Assembly: GCA_003133025.1 (NCBI GenBank)
Contig: PKZK01000123.1
Location: 840-11,727 of the forward strand
Origin: Vulcanimicrobiota bacterium
GTDB taxonomy: Bacteria > Vulcanimicrobiota > Vulcanimicrobiia > Vulcanimicrobiales > Vulcanimicrobiaceae
Direction of reading: 5' to 3'
DNA: 10,888 nt
In this document: piece by piece, positions 1 through 7,127 of the stretch
How positions within the stretch are numbered: the stretch's first letter is position 1
Layout: each line of letters starts with the position of its first letter
Made by a program: the position numbers and the translations under genes
The notes under the pieces: model-generated
Databases searched by the model: none
What the model saw: only the letters and a program-made list of their open reading frames with translations
What the model was told of the DNA's origin: nothing

Positions 1-1209
1 GGCGAACTCGCGCTCGACGGCGCGGTGCGCGGCGTGCGCGGACTGCTGCCGATGGTGCTCGGCGCGCGTAGCGCCGGTTTCTCCAAACTGCTCGTGCCCC
101 GCGCCAATGCCCGCGAGGCCGCGCTCGTCGAGGGCTTGGAGATCTACGCCCTCGACGCGTTGCTCGACGCGGTCGCCGTGGTGCAGGGGCACGGCGCCAA
201 GTTTCGCTTCACCGAAAAGCCGGCGCCGTATCGCGCGCGTCCTGAAGCGCTGGGCGATTTCGCCGACGTGCGCGGCCAACGCCACGCGAAGCGCGCGCTC
301 GAAATAGCGGCGGCGGGCGGACACAACGTGCTGCTGGTCGGTCCGCCGGGTTGCGGCAAGACGATGCTCGCGCGCCGGCTCCCCTCGATACTCCCCGCGA
401 TGTCGCCCGGCGAAGCGCTCGAGGTGACCAAGATTTACAGCGTCGCGGGCCTGCTGCCGCAGGGCGAACGCGCGGGCATTCTAAACGCGCGACCGTTCCG
501 CGCACCGCACCATACGATCAGCCAGATCGCGCTCTGCGGCGGCGGGGCCGCGCCGCGGCCGGGCGAGATCTCGCTCGCACAGCACGGCGTGCTCTTCCTC
601 GACGAACTGCCCGAGTTCAACCGCGCCGCGCTCGAGTCGATGCGCCAGCCGCTCGAAGAAGGTTCGATCGTCGTCGGCCGAGCCGCCGGGTCGTTCACTT
701 TCCCCGCACGCTTTGCGCTGGTGGCGGCGATGAATCCCTGCCCTTGCGGCTTTCGCGGCACGCGCGGCGAGAATTGCCGCTGCGACGATGCTATGGTCGC
801 GAAGTATGTTGCTAAACTATCAGGACCGTTGCTCGATCGCATCGATCTTCACATCGAAGTCACACGTGTACCGTTTGATGAACTTGTCACACGAACACCT
901 TCGGAATCATCCACGACGATGCGCAGTCGAGTCGAAGCAGCTCGCGCCGTTCAACGAAAACGTTACGGCGCGAGCCGCTTACACACCAACGCTGCAGCGA
1001 CAGCACGCGAGGTCGGAACCTATTGCGTGCTCAACCAGGAGGCTACGGCGCTGCTGCGCGAAGCGACAACGCGCAATCGCCTGTCGGCTCGCGGGCTCGA
1101 CCGAATCTTGCGAGTTGCGCGCACCGTCGCCGACCTCGCCGGATCAGCGAAAATCGACTGTGCTCACGTGGCTGAAGCTATCGGCTATCGGGGACTCGAG
1201 CGTCACTAA
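1..1209 (+). CDS. comM: ComM/YifB family Mg-chelatase-like AAA+ ATPase (5' end outside window)
   Basis: Frame open from base 1 (GELALDGAVRGVRG). Contains DFADVRGQ, ALEIAAAGGHN, Walker A GPPGCGKT, RPFRAPHH, PGEISLA, Walker B VLFLDELPEF, AAMNPCPCG, SGPLLDRID, LSARG..RILRVARTVADL and HVAEAIGYR. Stop TAA at 1207-1209. Confidence 0.96.
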   Translation, partial: GELALDGAVRGVRGLLPMVLGARSAGFSKLLVPRANAREAALVEGLEIYALDALLDAVAVVQGHGAKFRFTEKPAPYRARPEALGDFADVRGQRHAKRALEIAAAGGHNVLLVGPPGCGKTMLARRLPSILPAMSPGEALEVTKIYSVAGLLPQGERAGILNARPFRAPHHTISQIALCGGGAAPRPGEISLAQHGVLFLDELPEFNRAALESMRQPLEEGSIVVGRAAGSFTFPARFALVAAMNPCPCGFRGTRGENCRCDDAMVAKYVAKLSGPLLDRIDLHIEVTRVPFDELVTRTPSESSTTMRSRVEAARAVQRKRYGASRLHTNAAATAREVGTYCVLNQEATALLREATTRNRLSARGLDRILRVARTVADLAGSAKIDCAHVAEAIGYRGLERH

Positions 1210-1233
1210 TCCACGGTGGTTGCAGTGACGCTC
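1198..1233. repeat. Inverted repeat spanning the comM stop codon
   Basis: GAGCGTCACT (1198-1207) and AGTGACGCTC (1224-1233) are a perfect 10-bp inverted repeat. An inner dyad CCAC-G-GTGG lies at 1211-1219. No U-tract follows. Confidence 0.7.
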
Positions 1234-1395
1234 TAGCTGACTCGCCTTCCGCATCGCGAACCACGTAAGGGATCGAAAACACGCCTGCTGAAAGACGACC
1301 GAGCACGCAAGATAGCGACCGCTGACGACGCAGGCTTGGGTGCTTCAGGCGAAGAACGCAATGCAAACAAAACCGTTGCGGTAGTGGAGATGAAT

Positions 1396-1989
1396 ATGAA
1401 AATTGCGCCAACGGCTCTGCTCGCTCTCGCCTGCGTTCTCGTGTCCTGCGCCGGTGGATCCAAGGCGCCCTTCGAGCCTCCGGCAGTGTCGTCGCCGGGG
1501 TCTCTGGACGCGAACTTATCGCTTTATCCACCAAATGGCGGCGTCCGACAGTCGTCGGAGCGCTGCTATCAGGGAGGCGGGACTTGGAAGGTACCCAGCA
1601 TTAGTAAGCGGCTCCAGGGCAGCATTCAATACGGACAGAACCAATGCTCGAAGAAGGCTCGCCTCATTGTGGAGAGCTCCGTTAACGGTGCCGGCTCATC
1701 CTGCATTAATCAGGCAGGTTATACGTATGCCGGCCTGGGCGTAGGAATGACTCCGGAGGCGCAGGAAACCTTTGCCGGGTCGAACTTGGTCGCGACCATC
1801 GCATCGAACACGCTCGATCAGATGAAGATGTACACGGTTTTTCTTTTTGACGACAGCTTCAAGATCTACTTTCAGCAATTCGTTGGCACGCCGAACCGAG
1901 GAGCCCTTACGTTTTCGTCGCCATTCCAAGGAGGTTTCCAATGGCCCGAATACTCCGCGTTACTGCTTATCGTCTGCTACTCGTCGTGA
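1396..1989 (+). CDS. Hypothetical lipoprotein, Cys-containing, probably beta-rich
   Basis: GGAG at 1386-1389 precedes ATG 1396. MKIAPTALLALACVLVS-C is a signal peptide with a lipobox-like LVSC, followed by a Pro/Ser linker. Lower GC than flanking core genes. No family recognised. Confidence 0.75.
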   Translation: MKIAPTALLALACVLVSCAGGSKAPFEPPAVSSPGSLDANLSLYPPNGGVRQSSERCYQGGGTWKVPSISKRLQGSIQYGQNQCSKKARLIVESSVNGAGSSCINQAGYTYAGLGVGMTPEAQETFAGSNLVATIASNTLDQMKMYTVFLFDDSFKIYFQQFVGTPNRGALTFSSPFQGGFQWPEYSALLLIVCYSS

Positions 1990-2423
1990 CCAGAGGATTA
2001 TTTCGAACATCGCCGGGCTTACTCAGTGCGTTAGTCCTGGCCTGTGGCGTCCTCTGCACGCTGCCGGCCCAAGGCCAGTCCCTTTCCTCAACTTATCTCC
2101 TTCAAGTGAGCCTGACCGGCGGATCATGCGCGACTCTCATGAACCCGCTTTTTACGTCGGCCGTGTTGTATTGTGGAAGAGGAACCGTGAATTCGTCATC
2201 CGAGCCGGCTTGCGCGAGCATTTCGGCTACTACCGTCACATTTGCCGGAGCAGGTTACGCGGTTCCGGGTACATCGGGTCCAACGGTGTATGAGTCGAAT
2301 ATCGGGCCGATAGGCGGATACCTTCAACCAATTATCTGGACCGGGTCCGGAAGCACCGTGACCTTCTGGGTCACGGCGACTACCTCCATAAGCAGCGTTA
2401 GTGTCGCGTTGACTTGCTACTAG
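1986..2423 (+). CDS. Hypothetical secreted Ser/Thr/Gly-rich protein
   Basis: GTG 1986 overlaps the upstream TGA (GTGA coupling) and is in frame with ORF 1941-2423. The N-terminus MTRGLFRTSPGLLSALVLACGVLCTLPAQG|QS looks like a Sec signal peptide. The mature part has alternating beta-strand patterns and ends VSVALTCY. Confidence 0.65.
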   Translation: MTRGLFRTSPGLLSALVLACGVLCTLPAQGQSLSSTYLLQVSLTGGSCATLMNPLFTSAVLYCGRGTVNSSSEPACASISATTVTFAGAGYAVPGTSGPTVYESNIGPIGGYLQPIIWTGSGSTVTFWVTATTSISSVSVALTCY

Positions 2424-2475
2424 GTCGTCTCCGGGAGCACCGACCGCGAATGCAATCGAACCCAAGTTACCGACT

Positions 2476-2529
2476 CGGTCTCGTCGACCGCCACTTCCGA
2501 TAGGCCAAGCAGGCGGCCACGAGAGACCG
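2476..2529. repeat. Imperfect GC-rich hairpin downstream of the secreted gene pair
   Basis: CGGTCTC (2476-2482) pairs with GAGACCG (2523-2529), and CCGCC (2488-2492) pairs with GGCGG (2512-2516). It is followed by GTGTTTT, so it could act as a weak terminator. Confidence 0.4.
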
Positions 2530-2607
2530 GTGTTTTCGGAACGAGATGACTCGACCACGTTCCCAGTCGCCCGACGTCGTCGCATCCACGCCGAGCACTG
2601 CAGCGGC

Positions 2608-2637
2608 TTTACGGATCGACCGGACTGGCGGCATAAT
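2608..2637 (+). promoter_or_regulatory. Candidate sigma70-type promoter for cdh
   Basis: TTTACG (2608-2613), an 18-nt spacer and CATAAT (2632-2637), about 40 nt upstream of ATG 2680. Confidence 0.4.
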
Positions 2638-2679
2638 AGGCACGGAAAGACTCGGCTCGTGCAGCGAGAAGATCGTCGG

Positions 2680-3390
2680 ATGCGAACGAGAAGCTATCGG
2701 CTGCTCGCGGCTACGCTATGTGTGGCCGCCGTCTTCGGCTCGGCGGCTCCGAGCCGGGCCGACCGCAACGCGCTCTGGGCGCGCGTCCAGCGTTGCGTGG
2801 CCGAGCCGAAGCCGCCGTACCGCTCGTGTTTGCTCCACAATAAGCCGCATCAGTTCGTCGTGCTCAAGGACGGCGCGCCGTCGAAGACCGCGGCCTACCT
2901 GCTCTTGCCGGATTTCAAGGTGCCCGGCATCGAGTCGCCCGACGTGTTCGTGCTGCCGATTCTCAACTTCTGGCAGTTCGGTTGGGACGAAGCCGCCGCG
3001 TACCTCAAAGTGCCGGCGTATCGCATCGGCCTGGCCGTCAACTCGGCGGTCGGCCGCAGTCAAGACCAATTGCACATGCATCTCTCGTGCGCGGCGCCGA
3101 AGGCGGTCGCAGCCCTCGCAGCGGCTCACCTCACGCAGCACTTCCAGGCCGCGCCGTTCGTCGAGATCGGCCGCAAGACGTACAATGCGCGTCTAGTCGA
3201 CGCGCTCACCGGCAAGGACAGCCCGTTCAAGCTGATCCTCGAGATTCCGGGCGCCAAGGAACACATGCGCGATCAAACGATCGCGGTCATCGGCGCGCGC
3301 GGCGGCGGCTACTACGTCGTCCAGGATTTCGCCCACGGCAGCGACGACGGCGTCGCGGAAGCGCTGCTCGACGAAACCTGCACCCTCTGA
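2680..3390 (+). CDS. cdh: CDP-diacylglycerol diphosphatase (Cdh family), with signal peptide
   Basis: Motifs DRNALW..V..C, VVLKD, YLLLP...VPGIESP, N.W..GW and LAVNS..GRSQDQLHMHLSC (HIT-like HxH). N-terminal signal MRTRSYRLLAATLCVAAVFGSAAPSRA. ATG 2680 is preferred over the ORF-track start at 2530. Confidence 0.9.
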   Translation: MRTRSYRLLAATLCVAAVFGSAAPSRADRNALWARVQRCVAEPKPPYRSCLLHNKPHQFVVLKDGAPSKTAAYLLLPDFKVPGIESPDVFVLPILNFWQFGWDEAAAYLKVPAYRIGLAVNSAVGRSQDQLHMHLSCAAPKAVAALAAAHLTQHFQAAPFVEIGRKTYNARLVDALTGKDSPFKLILEIPGAKEHMRDQTIAVIGARGGGYYVVQDFAHGSDDGVAEALLDETCTL

Positions 3391-3761
3391 ATTGCAGCTT
3401 CGGGCCTGAGGTCGTCGCGTAGCGAGAAGCCGATCCAGAGGACGCCCCAGGTCATCGCGGCCGCCGAAAGCAGCGCCGCGCAGTACATCCAGAGGAACAC
3501 GGGTCCGCGGTGTTCTTCGAGCATGAGCAGCAGTTTGACCAACGGAACCGCGAGCAACAGCGGAACGATCAAGCCGGCCCAGCTCATGCCTGCGACGACT
3601 GCGGCCAATGCAACGAACGCATAGAGTCCGATCCATAGCGTGAGAAACGCGAAGAGCGTTCGAAAGAGCAGCGCCGCCGCCGGCGAGCGGCTCGCAAAGG
3701 GATAGCCCGTGTCCGACGTCCAGTGATTTTGGCGCCTGCGTTTGAGTACCGTCCAGTCCAC
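3312..3761 (-). CDS. Hypothetical membrane protein (about 3 hydrophobic segments)
   Basis: GTG start preceded by GAGGG, 18 nt downstream of the EAL gene stop. Long hydrophobic stretches LLFRTLFAFLTLWIGLYAFVALAAVVAG, WAGLIVPLLLAVPLV and VFLWMYCAALLSAAAMTWGVLWIGF. The 3' tail overlaps cdh. Confidence 0.65.
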   Translation of the reverse strand: MDWTVLKRRRQNHWTSDTGYPFASRSPAAALLFRTLFAFLTLWIGLYAFVALAAVVAGMSWAGLIVPLLLAVPLVKLLLMLEEHRGPVFLWMYCAALLSAAAMTWGVLWIGFSLRDDLRPEAAIQRVQVSSSSASATPSSLPWAKSWTT

Positions 3762-3779
3762 GTATGTGCCCTCGCGAGA

Positions 3780-5999
3780 CTATGAGATGCGCCGCTGCGC
3801 GGGCGCTTCGGTGCGATGTAAGACGCGCGCGAATTCGGCGGCCGGGACGGGTCTGCCGAAGTAGTAACCCTGCGCCTCGTGGCAGCCCACGCGGCGCACG
3901 AAGGCGAGCTGTTCGGCAGTTTCCACGCCCTCGGCAATGACCCGTAGGCCGAACTCGCGGGCGAAGCCGACCACGCAGCGAACGATCGCGGCGTCGCCCG
4001 CATTCTCGAGCGCGCCCTGCACGAAGCTGCGGTCGACCTTTATGACGCCCAGCGGCAAGGTGCGGAAGTACGCGAGCGACGAGAAGCCGGTGCCGAAATC
4101 ATCGAGTGCGATCTCGATCCCGAGATCGCGCATCTTGCGAAACGAGAGCGCGACCGCATCCGACACGTCGACGAACGCGCTCTCGGTCACCTCGAGGTCG
4201 ATCGAGCCCTGCGGTGCGCCCGTCTCCGCCATCACGCGGGTGACCATTTCATAGACGTTCGAGCGTCCGAACTGCACCGCCGAAACGTTGACTGCGATCG
4301 GCACCGGATCGAAGCCGGCCTCGCGCCAGCGCAGCGTCTGCAGACACGCCTCGCGCACGACCCACTCGCCGAGCGGCACGATCAAGCCGCTCTGTTCCGC
4401 GACCGAGAGAAACTCGCCGGGCGGCCGCATCCCGCGCGTGGGATGATTCCAGCGCAAGAGCGCTTCGCACCCGACCACGCGGCCCGAGCGCAAATCGACC
4501 TTTTGCTGATAGTGCAGCTCGAATTGTTGCGTAGTCAATGCCTCGCGGAGATCCGCCTTGAGCGTGAGGCGAGCGACGTTTTGCGCGCCCATCTCCGCGG
4601 AATACGCCTCGACCTTCCCGCCGCCGGACGAGAACGCGACGTCGAGTGCGACGCTCGCGTCGCGCAGGAGGTCGCCGCCCGTGCTGCGTCCACCGGCGGG
4701 CATCGCGACGCCCGCGCTCACCGACAACGAAACGGTTTGGCCACCGATGCGGTAATCCCGGCCGAGCGTCCACACCATCTCGCGCGCCGTGGCGACCGCC
4801 TGCTCCATCGAAGCGACCTCGATAATGACGCCCATCTTGTCGCCCGCCAAACGCGCGGGCAGTTCGTCGGCCGGCGCCATGTCTTTCAGACGTTTGACGA
4901 ACGCCTGCAACACCAAATCGCCGGCGGGCGTGCCGAAGGCCTCGTTGACCTCGTGGAAGTCGTCGATGTCGAGCAGGATCAGCGCAAACGAATTGCCCGA
5001 GTTCGAGCGGGCTTCGAGCGCCGTGTTGAGTTCGCGCATGAAGTACGCGCGACTGTGCAAGCCCGTGGCCTCGTCGAAATCGCGGACGTAGTCGACGCGC
5101 TCCTCGGCGGACTTCTCGTCGCTCACGTCGTGCAAGATGCCGATCGAGCGAACCTCACGCCCGGCCCGGACCTCGACGTTCACCACCGCGCGAAACCAGG
5201 CGTTGCGCATCGAGGCGGTGAGCGCCCGGAAATCCGTGCGCCAGATGCCGCCGCCTTCGGCGACCGCGGCGCGATACGAGGTAGCGACGCGCTCGCGATC
5301 GTCGGGGTGCAACATGCTGGCCCACGCGCCGCCCGATTCCCAAAGGCCGTCGGGCGGCATGCCGAAAACCTCGATGAACCGGTCGCTGCTGAAACGATAG
5401 TCCCACTCGCCGTCGGCGGCAACGCGCTCGTACATGATGACCGGCAGCGACTCGTCGACCGCGCGGATCAGATCGTTCTGCCGGAGCAGTGCGCCGCGCA
5501 CGACGGCGTGTTCGGTGACGTCGCGATGCCGGATGATGGCGCCCCGCTCCTCGTCGTTGCCGTACGGGTGCACGGTCATCTCGTACCAGCGTCGATCCGC
5601 TTGCTGCCCGCAGCGATAGCCGAGCTTGGCCGAAGGCCGCGCGCCGGAAAGCACGTCTTCGATTGCTCGCGCTGCAGCACGAGCTAGGGCCGCGTCAGCC
5701 GGATCGGTCGAAGCGTCGTGCGCCGCGGCGGCGCATACGTCGAAATAATTGTGTCCGACTCCGAAGCCCTTTTCACACAGTCCCGCGGACCGAGCGGTGC
5801 GGCGCCATTCGGCGTTGACGTCGACGATGACACCGCGCGCGTCGAGGACGACGATCGAGGTGGATTCGGAATCCAACGCCGCGCGAACGCACGAACGCAA
5901 TGCAGCCAGTTGCGCCGCCTGCGCCCGCACGCGGGAGGCAAGGCGTCGCGTTCGCCGTTCCTGAATCGATTGTTCGCGGAAGGAATGGGGCATCTGCAC
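3780..5999 (-). CDS. PAS-PAS-GGDEF-EAL protein, likely c-di-GMP phosphodiesterase with degenerate GGDEF domain
   Basis: PAS motifs IVVLDARGVIVDVN and LHPDDRERV. GGDEF-fold LDIDDFHEVNEAFG..AGD with the active-site loop reading AGDKM. EAL motifs EALLRW, AVNVS, LEVTES, DDFGTGFSS, KVDRSFV, AEGVET and QGYYFGRP are present. Start is GTG 5999 or ATG 5993. Confidence 0.95.
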   Translation of the reverse strand: MQMPHSFREQSIQERRTRRLASRVRAQAAQLAALRSCVRAALDSESTSIVVLDARGVIVDVNAEWRRTARSAGLCEKGFGVGHNYFDVCAAAAHDASTDPADAALARAAARAIEDVLSGARPSAKLGYRCGQQADRRWYEMTVHPYGNDEERGAIIRHRDVTEHAVVRGALLRQNDLIRAVDESLPVIMYERVAADGEWDYRFSSDRFIEVFGMPPDGLWESGGAWASMLHPDDRERVATSYRAAVAEGGGIWRTDFRALTASMRNAWFRAVVNVEVRAGREVRSIGILHDVSDEKSAEERVDYVRDFDEATGLHSRAYFMRELNTALEARSNSGNSFALILLDIDDFHEVNEAFGTPAGDLVLQAFVKRLKDMAPADELPARLAGDKMGVIIEVASMEQAVATAREMVWTLGRDYRIGGQTVSLSVSAGVAMPAGGRSTGGDLLRDASVALDVAFSSGGGKVEAYSAEMGAQNVARLTLKADLREALTTQQFELHYQQKVDLRSGRVVGCEALLRWNHPTRGMRPPGEFLSVAEQSGLIVPLGEWVVREACLQTLRWREAGFDPVPIAVNVSAVQFGRSNVYEMVTRVMAETGAPQGSIDLEVTESAFVDVSDAVALSFRKMRDLGIEIALDDFGTGFSSLAYFRTLPLGVIKVDRSFVQGALENAGDAAIVRCVVGFAREFGLRVIAEGVETAEQLAFVRRVGCHEAQGYYFGRPVPAAEFARVLHRTEAPAQRRIS

Positions 6000-6116
6000 C
6001 GACCCTGCGGTCCGAGAGGTGATTTCAATCTCGCGTTACCCTCATCGAACGGCGCCGACCGCAAATTGGATTGTTTCGGGGTTTCCAGTGACGATTCTCA
6101 CCGCCGCCGTGCCTTT

Positions 6117-6126
6117 TGTATATACA
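6117..6126. promoter_or_regulatory. Palindromic operator-like site TGTATATACA in an AT-rich patch upstream of the EAL gene
   Basis: Perfect 10-bp palindrome within TTTTGTATATACATTTTAATT. It resembles the TGTA-N2-TACA GntR/HutC-subfamily box. Confidence 0.45.
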
Positions 6127-6234
6127 TTTTAATTAGCGTGATACTGTTCCGTTACTACGGGCTTGATGCACTATCCGAACTAGATCAAAATACCCTAAGC
6201 AGTACGAGCGGCGCTCCAACCCGCGGGCCGACGC

Positions 6235-6259
6235 GCCGGCGGACGCTCTTTCCGCCGGC
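6235..6259 (-). terminator. GC-rich hairpin after the 71-aa gene (possible terminator lacking a U-tract)
   Basis: GCCGGCGGA (6235-6243) and TCCGCCGGC (6251-6259) form a 9-bp stem with a 7-nt loop, 11 nt past the stop at 6271. Confidence 0.5.
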
Positions 6260-6270
6260 ACGCCCGCAGT

Positions 6271-6486
6271 TTAGCCGCCGCTGGAATCGCCGCCCGATTC
6301 GCCCTTTTGCGCCTCGGCGATGCGCTTCAACTCGACTTCGTACGACGACTCGGCGGGAGCGACGCCGAGCACGCGATCTTCGGCCGTCGCGGTTGCGCTC
6401 TCTTCGGAGAGCCCGAAATTCTCTTCGAGGAACTTCTTCTCGGTTTCGATCTCGGCGGCTTTGGCCGGGTCTAGCTGATCTTCCAT
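6271..6486 (-). CDS. Small acidic hypothetical protein (71 aa)
   Basis: Strong AAGGAG Shine-Dalgarno before ATG 6486, host-like codon usage, Glu/Asp-rich sequence and a downstream hairpin. Confidence 0.8.
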   Translation of the reverse strand: MEDQLDPAKAAEIETEKKFLEENFGLSEESATATAEDRVLGVAPAESSYEVELKRIAEAQKGESGGDSSGG

Positions 6487-6515
6487 CGTCAGGCTCCTTG
6501 GCGGGGGGCGGCGAA

Positions 6516-7127
6516 ATGGTACGGATGCGAATCGGACGGGGGCGTCGTGCGGGACTTCGCTTCGATGCGGACCTCGGCGTGGCCACCGAGGCTCTGATCT
6601 TCTTGGGCCAACTCGATCCGGAAGCCATCGGTCCGAGCCTGGAGGATGCGACGCATTACGAGCCTACCCCCCCGGCCGACTTCGAAGCGTTGCTGGCCGC
6701 CGTGCCCTTCTCGCCCGAGGGCTCGACGTTCCTGGACCTCGGTTGCGGCATGGGCCGGACGCTGTTGCTGGCGGCGCTACGCCCGTTTCGTCAGGTCGTC
6801 GGCGTGGAGATCTCGCCGGCTTTGGCCGAGATCGCCCGCGACAACCTGCGGGCGGCCGATCCGGCGCCTCGTCGCTGCCGCGACGTACGCGTGGTGCGCG
6901 CCGACGCAAAAACGGTAGGGCTGCCCCAGGGCAACCTCGTCGTGTACATGTACAACCCGTTACGGGGCGAGGTCATGCGCGCGGTCGTCGAGCGACTCGC
7001 CGCAACGTCGGGCCGGGAGGTCGCAGTCGTCTATCACACGCCCGAGGAACGACGGCGTTTCGACGAGAGCGATGCTTTCGAAGTGGTCGCAACCTTGCCG
7101 CCGGGAGTGGTCTACCGGCGGCTCTAA
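6516..7127 (+). CDS. Class I SAM-dependent methyltransferase
   Basis: Motif I FLDLGCGMGR, post-I VVGVEIS, VVRADA and YMYNP, plus an upstream HYEPT. Start is ATG 6516 or 6525. The 5718-6515 extension in the ORF track is not credible. Confidence 0.9.
   Translation: MVRMRIGRGRRAGLRFDADLGVATEALIFLGQLDPEAIGPSLEDATHYEPTPPADFEALLAAVPFSPEGSTFLDLGCGMGRTLLLAALRPFRQVVGVEISPALAEIARDNLRAADPAPRRCRDVRVVRADAKTVGLPQGNLVVYMYNPLRGEVMRAVVERLAATSGREVAVVYHTPEERRRFDESDAFEVVATLPPGVVYRRL

Noticed and set aside
1198..2530. Integron cassette array with attC sites
   Set aside because: The hairpins lack matching RYYYAAC/GTTRRRY ends, do not resemble each other, and no integrase is present.
2566..2598. VARRRRIHAEH as a possible relic of the original comM C-terminus
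   Set aside because: The match is too short, and the flanking TIADL and AEAI.YR motifs are missing, so it is indistinguishable from chance.
4443..5687. 414-aa plus-strand ORF, and similar long ORFs such as 8331-9266, 8248-9126, 2546-3196 and 351-815
   Set aside because: These are antisense or frame-shifted shadows of well-supported genes, expected in high-GC DNA, and carry no motifs.
5718..6515. N-terminal 266 codons of the 469-aa ORF
   Set aside because: It overlaps the EAL gene, an AT-rich regulatory region and the 71-aa gene on the opposite strand. The sequence is Arg-rich shadow, and methyltransferase similarity starts only after 6516.
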